Shown here piece by piece: positions 1-12,527 of a DNA stretch of 64,000 nt. How positions within the stretch are numbered: position 1 is the stretch's first letter; every line of letters begins with the position of its first letter. The notes below the pieces were generated by a model. That model did not search any database. It was not told the origin of the DNA and saw nothing but the letters and a program-made list of their open reading frames with translations. Source of the stretch: Octopus vulgaris (Eukaryota); contig OX597822.1 in the NCBI GenBank assembly GCA_951406725.2, positions 38,688,001-38,752,000 of the forward strand, given 5' to 3'. Position numbers and translations under genes: made by a program.

Positions 1-795
1 ACACACACACACACACATACACACACACACACTTCAGTGCTGCTAGGAACAGTGATAACTGAAGGTGGGGTGTCTTTCCTGTAGCTGACATTTTACATCA
101 AAGCCACTAAACTCATCAACGTGCTGCTGATGCTGATGAAGTACACATTGCCGATAGTGGTGGTGGTGATGATGCTGATGTTGTTAATGATGATGATGGT
201 AGCGATGTTGATGATGGTGGTTGTGGTTGCAGTGTTGTCAATGATGGGGGTAATGAGAAACAGAAATGCATGATGTGATGGTTCTGTGTGTACGTATGGC
301 GGCAGCAGCAGGTGTGGTTTTGTGTCCAAAGTACATCTGTTCCAGATGAAGAATTCTACATCAATTATCAAGCCATTATGAATTGTATCCGTATTGGTTT
401 ATCCATCAATTTACCCCCCCTCTCTCTCTTCACCTCCTCCTCTTCCTCATTCTCAATCTATTTGTGTGTGTGTGTGTGTGTGTGAATGTTGCCTGAAAGA
501 TCAAGTTAGACATTCAACTACACAAATCAGACCAGATACCATTATTATGAACATACACTACCTACACGGTTAAGTGGCCATTGCTCATAACAACATCTAC
601 ATGGCTAAAAGATGTGGGCATTTTGGTGACATAACAACCACCACAATGATGTAACAGCTCCATCTTGGATAATAATAATCTCCAAAATTAAACACCTGAC
701 CCCTCAAAATAAGATATATATATATACATATAAAATGTAGCCCAGAATGAACTCCAGAAATTTCAAAACATACAGCAGCCATACATAAACTTTAA

Positions 796-1190
796 CTTTT
801 ACTCTTTCACTTGTTTCAGTCATTTGACTGCGACCATGCTGGAGCACCGCCTTTAGTCGAGCAAATCGCTCCCAGGACTTATTCTTTGTAAGCCTGGTAC
901 TTATTCTATCGATCTCTTTTGCCGAGCTGCTAAGTTACGGGGTCATAAACACACCAGCATCAGTTGTCAAGCAATGTTGGGGGTACAGACACACACACAC
1001 ACACATATATATATATACATATATATATGACGGGCTTCTTTCAGTTTCTGCCTACCAAATCCACTCATAAAGCTTTGGTCGGCCCGAGGCTATAGTAGAA
1101 AACACTTGCCCAAGGTGCCACGCAGTGGGACTGAACCCGGAACCATGTGTTTGGTAGGCAAGCTACTTACCACACAGCCACTCCTACGCC
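796..1190 (-). mobile_element. tRNA-derived SINE, family A (about 400-500 bp, internal CA/TA microsatellite)
   Basis: Reverse complement reads GGCTGTGTGGTAAGTAGCTTG...GGTTCAGTCCC (A/B-box-like head) and ends in an AAAGAGTAAAAG-type tail; closely matches copies at 24919, 26096, 36068, 48414, 61411. Confidence 0.9.
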
Positions 1191-1475
1191 TATAACTATG
1201 CAACATCTTAACACTGTCATGCAGAAATGTAACTTGAATCTGAAACGATTAACTCCACTTTACCAAGATGAGCTTAACCTGACACTAAACCCTTATTCCA
1301 ACCACAAACTCTGAACCAAGACTCTAAATGTGAAAACCACATCTCAAAGATAGATTTTTCTCTTTAGTGAAAGAATGTACTTCAACTTTTCCCTTGAAAC
1401 ATCAAAATGGAATACTGGTTTATCCTACACACAGAAACATTCTAATCCACATCCAAAGGGCATGAAGTCACTTAC

Positions 1476-1637
1476 AAACACCACTCCAGCTTCTGGCCTA
1501 ACAGTAGAAAAACTTAAGAGGGGAGTTTTTGTCTTCTCTCTTTAGCTTTTCTACTGCTACTACAATGGCCTTTGTTCCACAAAACTACCTGAGGCACTCG
1601 CGACTCACTCAACTCTCTCTTCTTCTCAGCACACGTA
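1476..1637 (-). other. Candidate non-coding exon of the minus-strand gene
   Basis: Acceptor tttccatttactttgtcttgcag| before 1637; donors cag|gtagtt (after 1589) or ttt|gtaagt (after 1476). Frame 0 hits TGA at codon 4, so not coding if spliced from the phase-0 exon. Confidence 0.3.
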
Positions 1638-1737
1638 CTGCAAGACAAAGTAAATGGAAACTTAACACTAATTCTTTTTACTAAAGCTAAGTTCATTAAA
1701 AAAAAGGTGTCGAGACAATCAGGTCCACTAGACCAGT

Positions 1738-1969
1738 GTTAATTCCGATTTCCATGGCGTTTCAACAACTGAAAGTAGAAGACTTCTTTCTGAACGGGAC
1801 GCCTGTGCGGTACAAGAATAACTCCTAACAGCCGCTGGTATTCGTTTACAAGCTGAACAGACTGGAGCAAAATGAAATGAAATGCCTTACTCAAAACCAC
1901 AACTCGTCGTCCATCTGGGAATCGAACCCATGATGCCAATATTCAGATCTCTAGGTCACTCGCCTTCAC
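1738..1969 (-). mobile_element. Old CORE-type tRNA SINE, diverged
   Basis: Minus strand GTGAAGGCGAGTGACCTAG...GGGTTCGATTCCC (B box), then a body resembling the central part of families C/D (GCTCCAGTCTGTTCAGC). Confidence 0.7.
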
Positions 1970-2959
1970 AGGTCTATCAATACCCTAAACACTAACTGAA
2001 CCCATTGTTTTCTTTTTCCTTCATTTCCTTTCGTTATTTTTCAGTGTGGGAGTTTATGTGACCTCAGTTAATGAGTGTTGTAAAATGTCGACAAGCAAGT
2101 TTAATGGTGTAGGTATGTGTGATCGTCTGCAAGATGAAGAACAGTTGTGCAAGGTCTTACTTTCAGATTTGTTTGAAGAGAGACAATAAAGAAACTGTTA
2201 GACGACATATACCACTGATATCAACATAAAAATACTCAACAGTTTCCATTTAAGTCAGATAACTTGAAGCAATAAGTGGCCGCGCTGAATTGTGTTCTGT
2301 TGTGTTGTGTATGTGTTTTTGACATACACACATGTATAAATATATAATTGATACATTATGAAATAGCTTTAGTTCTATTAAAGTGAGTATACGCATACAT
2401 ATGTTTGAGAATGTATGTATGCGTGTTTATACATACAACATATATACATATAATTAGTTTGATAGGATCAGATATGTGTGTGCGCGCGCGCGAACACACA
2501 CACACACACACATATACACACATATATACGTGCGTGCGTATGTGTGTATATGAAAGAACTGCTGTAAACTATATTTATAGCATATCTGCATCAGATGATA
2601 GTATGTGTATGTGTGTATGTGTGTGTGTGTGTGTGTAGAAGAAGAAGAAAGATAGCAAATCTGAGAGAGTGAAAGTAAAGATAGAGGTAACGAAAAAGAG
2701 CGTGAGAGAGGAAAACAGAAGAGAGAATTAAGCAGGAGAGAAAGAGGGAGACAAAGAGAGGAGAAGCAGAAGAGGGTGAGAAAGAAAGAGGGGAGAGAGA
2801 GAGAGAGGGGGAAGCTGCTAGGAGCAGAGGGAGAGGGAAGCAGGGCACAGAGAAAGAGAGAGTCAGACAGAGAGGGTGAGAAGTGTAGAAAGAGGGTGAA
2901 ATTTTGAGACATTAAGACAACAAAGTGGGGTGAAAGTCAGTGATGAGAGCAAACAGTTC

Positions 2960-3035
2960 ATTCATACATACTCATACACACACAAACACATATACATACA
3001 ACCATTCATAACGATTACATATTGCTTTCACGCAT

Positions 3036-3114
<79 letters not shown>

Positions 3115-3449
3115 TTGACATATAAACATACACACATGGCTATATCGATTCACACAAACATGTATACATATATACACAAACTAGATTTCTCTGGCTTCCT
3201 ATACATCTCTCTCACACACACACACACATTACACTCTTCTAACACGCACAACTGTGTCAAAGACAGTCTGGATACGGGTGTGAGAATGTATATAGGAATG
3301 TGTTAGTCTATGTGCCTGCATGCGTATGTAAGAGCATATTTGAATTCATCTATATCTATCTATGAGTATACATACATACATATATACATACATATACACA
3401 CACACACACATATATATATATATACACACACACACACATATATATATAT

Positions 3450-3494
<45 letters not shown>

Positions 3495-3591
3495 TATATA
3501 TATGTATATATACATATACATACACATATATACATATACATACACATATATATACATACACATATACACACACACACACACATATATATAT

Positions 3592-3646
<55 letters not shown>

Positions 3647-3793
3647 AACATATATATACATATACACACATATAAATATATATAGATACATACACAAACA
3701 TATATATATATACACACATATAAATATATATAGATACATACACAAACATATATATATACACACATATAAATATATATAGATACATACACAAAC

Positions 3794-3826
<33 letters not shown>

Positions 3827-4209
3827 TACATACATAAACATCAATACACACACATTCAAACATTAAACCCTCAGTGTCACAATTTGTGACGATAGAATAT
3901 TTCCTTTACAGTACATACACATTATATACATACATACACACACACACACATATATATTAGATAGATACATACATAGATGGGTACAAAGAGAGAGAATAAC
4001 CTGTATGTATGATTGTATGTGTGTATGTGTGTGTGTATATATGATAGTATTTTTTGACTGTGTGTGTATAATACATAGACACACACTGTTGTACATTGAT
4101 AAATTCTGATACATTTCTCAGAAAGTAATACATCCAGACATTCTCATAGTCTCTCCCTCAAACCCCGTCATACATAAACACAGAGTATGTAACAGTGTGT
4201 GTGTGTGTT

Positions 4210-4290
<81 letters not shown>
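2960..4290. repeat. Compound (CA)n/(TA)n/(GA)n microsatellite tract with an approximately 50 bp higher-order repeat at 3645-3800
   Basis: Direct reading; unit ACAAACATATATAT..ACACACATATAAATATATATAGATACATAC occurs about three times. Confidence 0.95.
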
Positions 4291-4291
<1 letters not shown>

Positions 4292-4333
4292 TATGAGAAA
4301 GAGAGTAGTTAGTATATATGATTGCTTACTTAC

Positions 4334-4597
4334 TTGAGGAACCGCCTGAAAGACGAATTCTTCAACCGAGAGGGCCAACTCGGTCAGCAGGGTATATATA
4401 TTATATATACATACGTATACATATATATAACTCCAGCCCACTTCTGGACGCTGGACTATCAGCACACTGTATGCACGAGTATATATATAATTCAAAGGAG
4501 ACAGAAGGGTGAGTATATATATGTATATATATAATTATATATACATGTGTGACAGAGAGGAGATGTGTGATCTGAGACTGACTCAGACAAACTGACT
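4334..4597 (-). promoter_or_regulatory. Candidate internal promoter and alternative non-coding first exon
   Basis: Minus strand has overlapping Inr-like TCAGTC/TCAGTT (4599-4590), CpG-containing unique sequence, and a strong donor CAA|GTAAGT after 4334; AAGGGAGACAACT motif about 60-70 bp upstream (4658-4670). Confidence 0.45.
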
Positions 4598-5189
4598 GAT
4601 GCAAAGAGACTTTCGTAATCCCAGCTCCACTCTGGTCCCTCCAGTCAGGCTAGTTGCAGTTGTCTCCCTTGGAGTTCTGGCATCGTTTTACCATTTTGCG
4701 TGCTCCTACCTTAAATTTGTGTGTGTGATACCTAAGAGAAAGAGTGGGAGAGAGAGTGTGTGTATGTGTGTGTGCGTGTGTGTGCGTGCAGATATGAGGT
4801 TTATGCAGTTCTATGCATTTTAGTGTGTATGTGTGTGTGAGAGTGTGGATATGTTGGTGTATGCAACAGTTTGTGCAGTTCGCATATATGAAGGTGTCCC
4901 TGCGTGGTCGCAGTCCAATAATTGAAACCAGCTAAAGAAATGAGAGTCTACAATACAATCCTCTGCTTATACTCCCATACAACACGACACCAATGGTACT
5001 CACAATGTCCCTCTAGTTATTGTAGATCCATTACCTTCTGAATATCAAAATAATACTTTGAAGCTTCATGAATTTATAACTTAAATTAAAAATTCTGTTT
5101 TTAAATAAAAGGTTCTGTTGTTACACCTGTCGTTATTTTGATTTTTAAAAAAACAAACAAAAGAAACTGTTAAATGAAATAGTGATGAA

Positions 5190-5686
5190 TCATCATCATC
5201 ATTATCATCATCATCATTGTTTAACATCCGCTTTCCATGGTGGCATGGGTTGGACAGTTTGACTGAGTACTGGTGAGCCAGATGACTGCACCAGGCTCCA
5301 ATCTGATCTGGCAGAGTTTCTACAGCTGGATGCTCTTCCTAATGCCAACCACTCCGAGAGTGTAGTGGGGTGCTTGTGAGCAAATGTGACACTGGCACAA
5401 GTGCCTTTTACGTGGCACTGGCACATAAAATGTATCAGTGCCACATAAAAGGCACCTGTGCTGGTACCACGTATAAAGCACCTGTACCAGTGCCACTGGT
5501 GCTGGGGCCACATATAAAGGACCCACTCCACTCAATACGGTGGCTGATGTTAGGAAGGACATCCAGCAGTAGAAACCTCGACAAAACAGATGACTGGAGC
5601 CTGGTGCAACACTCCAACCGACCAGCTCCTGTGAAACTGCCCAACCCAAGCAAGTATGGAAAACAGACATTAAACAATGATGATGG
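5190..5686. mobile_element. Two family B retroposons head-to-head
   Basis: (CAT)n-GTTTAACATCCGCTTTCCATG.. on the left and ..ATGGAAAACAGACATTAAACAATGATGATG on the right; central hairpin 5401-5455. Confidence 0.8.
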
Positions 5687-5772
5687 GAAAAATAGGGTCT
5701 CATTCCTAGACTTAAGTTATCCCCTTAACTTAAACAACACCTCTAAACAGTTTTTAAACACACAATGATATT

Positions 5773-6279
5773 CATTATTTACATTATTTACATTCGATGG
5801 ATATTTGTCCGCATCTTGTTTGTTGTTAACACTATGTATCGGCTGATATACCCTCCACCCTTCATCAGTGTCTTAGGGAAATTTCAAACCTGGGTTCTCA
5901 TTCCTAAGGTATTTTTTGATCTTGACTGGCTTCAGCGCAGGTGGCACGTAAAAAGCACCAACTGATCATGGCCGTTGCCAGCCTCCCCTGGCACCTGTGC
6001 CGGTGGCATGTAAAAAGCACCCACTACACTCACGGAGTGGTTGACGTTAGGAAGGGCATCCAGCCGTAGAAACACTGCCAGATCAGACTGGAGCCTGGTG
6101 CAGCCTCCTGGCTTCCCAGACCCCGGTTAAACCGTCCAACCCATGCTAGCATGGAAAACGGACGTTAAATGATGATGATGATGATGATGATGATGTCACT
6201 GCCTGGAATCAAACTAGGAATCTTGGGGTTAGTAGCCCGTGCTCTTAACCACTATGCCATATGCCCGTGGGCATATAGA
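5773..6279 (-). mobile_element. tRNA-headed SINE with a hammerhead-like 3' module, interrupted by a family B copy
   Basis: 13 bp TSD ACACAATGATATT at 5760-5772 and 6280-6292; A box TGGCATAGTGG (6259-6249), B box GTTTGATTCC (6214-6205); tandem ATGTAAATA-type tail at 5773-5794. Confidence 0.8.
5920..6195 (+). mobile_element. Family B retroposon (RTE-like 3' tail, (GAT)n)
   Basis: GGTGGCACGTAAAAAGCACC modules, AGGAAGGGCATCCAGC, ending GGAAAACGGACGTTAAATGATGATG; nested in the SINE above. Confidence 0.85.
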
Positions 6280-7015
6280 ACACAATGATATTGTTTCATG
6301 TTTGGACTTTTCCTGTCAAGCATTCACTCATCCATGTCGTTTGTCAGGATCAGGCACCTTCAAATTCTTCTGTTCACTGAGGTATGTTGATGGGTATGTG
6401 TATACACAGCCTCACAACACAGAGATGTAAATCTAAGTGACACACAGTGTATTCTGGGTAGCTGAGCATTGTGGGTGATCACTGGAGCATGCTTTTGTGG
6501 CCCAAGCAGAATCTTTGATTGATCATTGTCCCATGTTATCACAGGGAAGTATAACATGGTTCAAAATTGAGTGTACCGTGTTATCCCAAATCAGTGATGA
6601 ATGAATCAAGTGATAAACGAGGATAGATGTATTTTGGTAAAAATAGCTCAACATGAAATTTTTTTACAGAATCTCCAAGTCACATTCCTTACTGAATAGA
6701 ATACAATTTTCTCTGGCGCTAACACATCCACAATCAACATAGAACTTACTGACCATTCCTTTAAGACTTACATGCTCCATCATGAGAGTTTAACCTCTCC
6801 TTACCACACAGAAAACATTACAGAATTTTCAAAAGCACATTTTGAAACCAAGAGACAAAGGTAAGCATTACATTGGCAGTTTTAGGTAAGATACAGATAT
6901 TTAGGAGCTGATCAAAGTCATGTGACCTCAATTTCAAAGAAATTCCATGCAATTGCCAAATTTTGCTACTCTTAAATAATAAAAAAAATAATTTTTATTT
7001 CCAAAACATGGTTAA

Positions 7016-7236
7016 CCCTTTTGATACCAACCCAGTTGAAACAGGCTCTGGTTCTGTAGTACAAATATCTTGTTTTCATAAGTTTTGAATTAATATCTTC
7101 CACCAAACCTTAGTCACAATTTATGTTCCTAACACTAGCTGAATGACAACTAAGTTATTTTACTAAATTCTTTGTTATTTTTAAAGTAATTGAAAGAAAC
7201 ACAGAGCATCTCAAAATAAATACAGTAACGAAAGGG
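7016..7236. mobile_element. piggyBac-like MITE
   Basis: TTAA at 7012-7015; termini CCCTTTTGATAC / GTAACGAAAGGG; related copy at about 34950-35162. Confidence 0.7.
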
Positions 7237-7399
7237 TTTAATAATTTGAAAGACAACTCTACATGTGTGAGAGATGATAGTCAATAAATTACACAGTTAG
7301 TACACCAAGTGTATTCTTGGTATTTTCTAACCAACTGATACATACAGTCAAAAAAAAAAAGAAACAAACAAAACCAAACTTTGGGATTTTATAACTGAA

Positions 7400-7562
7400 C
7401 TGTGGACATGCTGGAGCACAACTTTGGAGGTTTTAGCAGAACAAATCAATCCCAATATATATTTTTTAAAAATCTGGTACTTCATTGTCAAACTGCTAAG
7501 TTATGAAGAATATAAACAAACCAACACCAGCTGTCAAACAGTGAGTGTGTGTGTGTGTGTGT

Positions 7563-7598
<36 letters not shown>

Positions 7599-7808
7599 AA
7601 GTACAAACACAATGACAGACACATGTACATATTTATACACACACAGACACACACTATTTGTTAACAAGTTTCTACACAGTCTCTGTTAATTAGATTCATT
7701 CAGGGCTATAGTAGAAGACACTTGCCCAAGGTACTGCACAGTGGGACTGAACTTGAAACCAAGTGGTTGCAAAGTGACCTTCTTTACCACACAGCCACGC
7801 TGGAGCCT
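7400..7808 (-). mobile_element. Family A SINE, diverged
   Basis: CTATAGTAGAAGACACTTGCCCAAGG...TTACCACACAGCCAC matches family A. Confidence 0.8.
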
Positions 7809-7927
7809 ATAACTTACATATATTAACATACATTACACTCTACATCTAGCATAAATTTGCATCGAGCACTTAATGTGTTTTGTACCAAAACATAAACAAA
7901 AGCTTGAAACTAACTAGAACAAACAAA

Positions 7928-7968
<41 letters not shown>

Positions 7969-8232
7969 CAGAAGCAACATACTAATTTCCAGATGTTGGT
8001 AAAACTTTTCGAGCCAAAACTGATGACTCAATGAACTCTCATCTTCACAAAAACCATACATACATATACATACATATATACACACACACACACATATATA
8101 TCAACACGCACATCTATATATACATGCCTCTGCATGGCCATAGCCAGTAGGTTGAAACTAGTAAACATATAGTAAATATACGTGTGTGTGTGTATGCACA
8201 CGCATACACACCCACACACAATGTTGCGCACA

Positions 8233-8263
<31 letters not shown>

Positions 8264-8595
8264 ACAGCGGACATGTGGTTTTATTTATCAAAGTCATTAG
8301 AGTAATTATGTCTACTCACGGTCTTAAACAATTAAAGTTTATTATTGAGCTAATTAATGCACATACACTCACACACGCAACCTGTGTGAATACATGTGTT
8401 TCTATTTATGTATATATGTATGTATGTATGTATATACGTGTATGTGTGTGTGTGCATGTGTGTACATTGTTACTATTAATCTTATTTTGTTTGTCCCTTC
8501 ATTGTACAATGTGTCCCAGTTTTACACAATATCACGCAATCTTAACGAAGCAAACCAAATTGAAACAGACCTGAATTTAATTAAGTTTGTACAGT

Positions 8596-9375
8596 AGGCA
8601 TAGTCATGGCTGTGTGGTTAAGACGTTCATTTAGCAACCATGTCGTTTCATGTTCAGTCCTACAGCATGACACCTTAGGCAATTATTTTCTACTATAGCC
8701 TTGGACTAATCAACCCCTTGTGAGTGAATTTGTTAGATGGAAACTATGTGGAAGCCCATCATATATTTATATATCAACAGCTATGTTTATATTTATTTCC
8801 ATGTGTGTTTAATGAAGGTGCATGGCTCAGTGGTTAAAGCATCGTGCTCACAATCAAGAGGTAGTGAGCTTGATTCCTAGACAGGGTTGTGAAGACACTC
8901 TATTTTATGTTGCTCCAGCTCACTCAGCTGTAGAAATGAGTTGCGACATCACTGGTGTCAAGCTGTATCGACCTTTGCCTTTCCCTTGGTATGAAGAGGG
9001 CAGGCTGGTATGTCTGGGCAACTGCTGGTCTTCCCTAAACAACCCTGCCTGGACTTGTGCCTCGGAGGGTAACTTTCTAGGTGCAATCCCATGGTTCTTC
9101 ATGACCAAAGTGGGGTCTTTACCTTTTCTGTGTGTGTGTGTTTGTGTGTGTGTTAGTGTGTGTGTGTGTGTGCGTACATCCTCCTCTGCCACTTGAAAAC
9201 TGGTGTTGGTTTGTTTACATCCTTATGATTTAGCAGCTCATAAAGAGGCCCAATAGAATAAGTACAAGGCTTTGAAAAATAAAATAAGTGCTGGTGTAGA
9301 CACCACCTTGCAGGTGTCTAAGGTGATATGTAAGCATGGCTGCAATCCAATGATTAAAACGAGTAACAAGAAAAC
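8596..9375 (+). mobile_element. Family A SINE split by a family C SINE
   Basis: Head 8596-8760, 3' half about 9180-9375; family C sits in the internal microsatellite. Confidence 0.75.
8813..9126 (+). mobile_element. tRNA-derived CORE-type SINE, family C
   Basis: TGGCTCAGTGGTT (A box), GCTTGATTCC (B box), tail GGTGCAATCCCATGGT..GGGGTCTTTACC; matches 46699-47038. Confidence 0.85.
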
Positions 9376-9659
9376 AAAGTATTAAACTTTGGATTCTGAG
9401 TTCAGTCACACACACACAAATACACGTGCACACATAGCAAGAGTTACTCAGGAGTCCACAGGTTTATGCCTAGGCCCTTATAAAACTGGTTGACATGTGC
9501 CTTTGGCATGATTCTCTGGGTCTGTAAGCTCGTTGGGTCAGTCACACGGCAAACGCAGAACAATGAATGTACTATAAATAAATACCCTGTTTTACATAAT
9601 GACTTCTTTTTCTCCCATTACAAAATCAAACACACATCAATACACACACACACACAGAC

Positions 9660-9780
9660 ACATGTACTAACCAGGCTTAAAGACACATAGACACACACAC
9701 CAACCAGGCATAAAGACACACACACACACACATCAACCAGGCATAAAGACACACACACACACACACCAGCCAGGCATAAA

Positions 9781-9813
<33 letters not shown>

Positions 9814-10050
9814 CAACCAGGCATAAAGACACACACACACACACATACCAGACATAAAGACACACACTTAAGACAAAGACACATACACGTGCACACACAC
9901 ACACACCAGACATAAAGACACACACATACATAAGACAAAGACACATACACACACATAAGACAAGGATACATACACACACATAGGACAAAGACACACACAC
10001 ACATACACCAGACATAAAGGCACACACACACACACATACACACACACACT
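9660..10050. repeat. Minisatellite of (CA)n plus CCAGGCATAAAGA-type units
   Basis: More than ten diverging units read directly. Confidence 0.85.
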
Positions 10051-11374
10051 ACATTTCGGTCCTAATGACATTTGGACCAATGTTTATGCTTTGTCCTAAT
10101 GCCATTGATTAGGTTTTTTTCCATATTGATTTTCATTTTCATTATGGTTTCTTTATCCTTCATTAGATAAGCAGGGGGTGGTGGTGGTGGTGGTGGTGGT
10201 GGTGGTGATGGAGGGATAGAGTGATAAAATGTGCCAAATAAGAGGAGAGTAGGTGGTGGCGTGGGTGCTAAGTGGTCTATATAATAACAATATTGGGAGA
10301 TGATGATGATGATGGTGATGGTGATGATAGTGTTGATGGTGATGATGATGATTGTGCAATGATGGTGGCGGTAGATGTGTGTTGCGTGTGCGTGCATGTG
10401 TGTGAGAGATGTGACGTGTGTGAATGTGATATGCGTGTATTTGTGATGTGGTGTGTGTGTGTGTGTATGCTATATGTGTGTGAATGTAGTGTGTATGCAT
10501 GTATGGATGTGTGAGCATGTGTGTGAATACAATATGTGGGTGAATGCACTGTGTGTGTGTGTGTGTGCGTGTGTGTGTGGGTGTGCGTGATACTACATAC
10601 GTGCAAGCGTGTAAATGTGATATGCATGTGTGCATATGTGAGGTGTGTGTATACATGTGTGTTGTATGCATGTTCATAATGACCTGAAGTGGGGTACGTA
10701 TACATTATTTATTACTATTATTATTATTATTAGTTTTTATTATCATTATTATTATTGTTGTTGTTGTTGTTATGATGTGGTTTCAATAGCTTCCAATTGT
10801 TTCAGTCAATACAACTAATGCTAAACAAGGTCACCCTACATAAGGAATTACAGTGCACACGGCCATTGCACTGAACAAAATTAGAGGATAGATGGTTTGT
10901 GTGTCGAAATATATTAATGCTTATATATGTATGTCTTTGCATATATGTGTGTGTGTGTGTTATTGACGTCATAAGAACGTTAAAAAAAAGAATAATAGTT
11001 TCATCTATATATTTATACATATATACACACACATACATAAACATACCTATATATACATATAGGCACACAAACACACATATACATACATTAGGTATGTAAA
11101 TATATTTGAATGCATAAATGCACACATCTGCATAATCATTGTATGTGGTTGCTGGGTCAATGGATAAGAAGTTCACTTCCCAAGCATATGCTTCGAAGTT
11201 CAGTCCCAGCTGGTGGCACCTTGGGCAAGCAGCCCTCAGTTGACTAAAGCCTTGTGAGTGGATTTAGTAGATAGAAACTGATAGAAGCTCATCACAAGTG
11301 TGTGCATGTGTGTGTGTGAGTGTGTTGTGGATTGTGTATGAGAAATTATGATAAACACAAATTAATTTGTGGGA

Positions 11375-11735
11375 TCTTTACCTTTTGACCTACAGATTTA
11401 AAAAATAATTTTTTGTAACTAAACACTTTCAAACTTCGGACACTGGTAGAATGTGTCATATAAAACATCTTTTACTCTTAGCGTTTTTGAGAAAATCTTA
11501 TATCTAGGAAGTTATTTCACATTAAAGTTGTAGTATTTTGGTAATTTCAACCAATGAATGACATGTATTCAGCTGAATAAAATTACTGCCATTGTTTGTC
11601 AACAATAACTATCGGCGGTGTTTTTTTCATTTGTCACTGTTATTTATGACATCGTTCGTGCATTTGTACTGGTTTTAGCTTTAAGGTGTTAGGGTCAGGG
11701 TTTTAGGGTCAGGGTTAAGGCTTTAGGGTTAGAGT
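11375..11735. mobile_element. Probable non-autonomous DNA element fragment ending in degenerate (TTAGGG)n
   Basis: AT-rich body with CTTTCAAACTTCGGACACTG and AACCAAT motifs, then TTAGGGTCAGGGTTTTAGGGTCAGGGTTAAGG; family assignment uncertain. Confidence 0.45.
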
Positions 11736-11893
11736 CGATAAATTAAGTACCAGTTATGCACTGGGGTTGATGTTATCGACTTAATATCTTTGTCTGTCCC
11801 TGTTTGTTCCCTCTATGTTTAGCCCCTTGTGGGCAATAAAGAAATAAGTATTCTATTGTAGGCTTCACTTCAACCTTTCTCCCTGAGAACTAC

Positions 11894-12110
11894 GTTAACA
11901 TTCAGATTACTCGGTCTAACACAATACTTATTTATTCAAATTGTTTTGAATAAAACATAAATTATCCCGTAGCTTCAAGATTTCAATGAGGTGGCTGTTT
12001 ATCTTTAGAATGACGTTGTAGGGTAAGTGTGAGAAGCCAGATTAGGCTCATTTGAGTGTAAAACAGGTAGAACATTTTGGTTGGATATAGCTGGTTTATA
12101 TACTAAAGGG
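11894..12110. mobile_element. MITE fragment (TAAAGGG terminus)
   Basis: AAAACAGGTAGAACATTTTGG..GGTTTATATACTAAAGGG; related sequence at about 56085-56215. Confidence 0.5.
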
Positions 12111-12527
12111 CATGTGTGCACTAGTGTAGCTAGAGTGTGTGCCACCCAGGGTGGCCCTTCTGCTTGCTGACCCTGGACCCAACAAAAAACACATTGCCTA
12201 CAACAGACCCAAAACAGACCCCTTTAAAAGTGAAGCCTGGGGCAGACATTCCCTACTATGCCTCCCTCCAGCTATGCATGTGTGACTGTGGAGTGCTCAG
12301 TCACTTGCACATTAATTTCACGAGCAAGCTGTTCGGTGAGCGTATCAGCTGGGACCCTCGTCGTCATAACCAACAGAGTGCTCCTAATATCATAACCAAT
12401 AACATACTATGAAGTCTAGTAGTAATAATCCACAGTACGAGAGGTTGATAATCTATATGAAGCTTTAAACACAATAGTAGCAGCTGTACACCTAACTGTA
12501 CTCACAAGATATGAAAAAAACTCTAGC

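Noticed and set aside
2405-4114. Long ORFs rich in YI/TH/CV, here and at 9600-10700, 30650-31670, 58588-59109 and 60928-61900
   Set aside because: Translations of (TA)n/(CA)n microsatellites, which lack stops in several frames.
6875-6892. Plus-strand TTTTAG|GTAAGA
   Set aside because: Opposite strand to the gene and only a short pyrimidine run; expected by chance.
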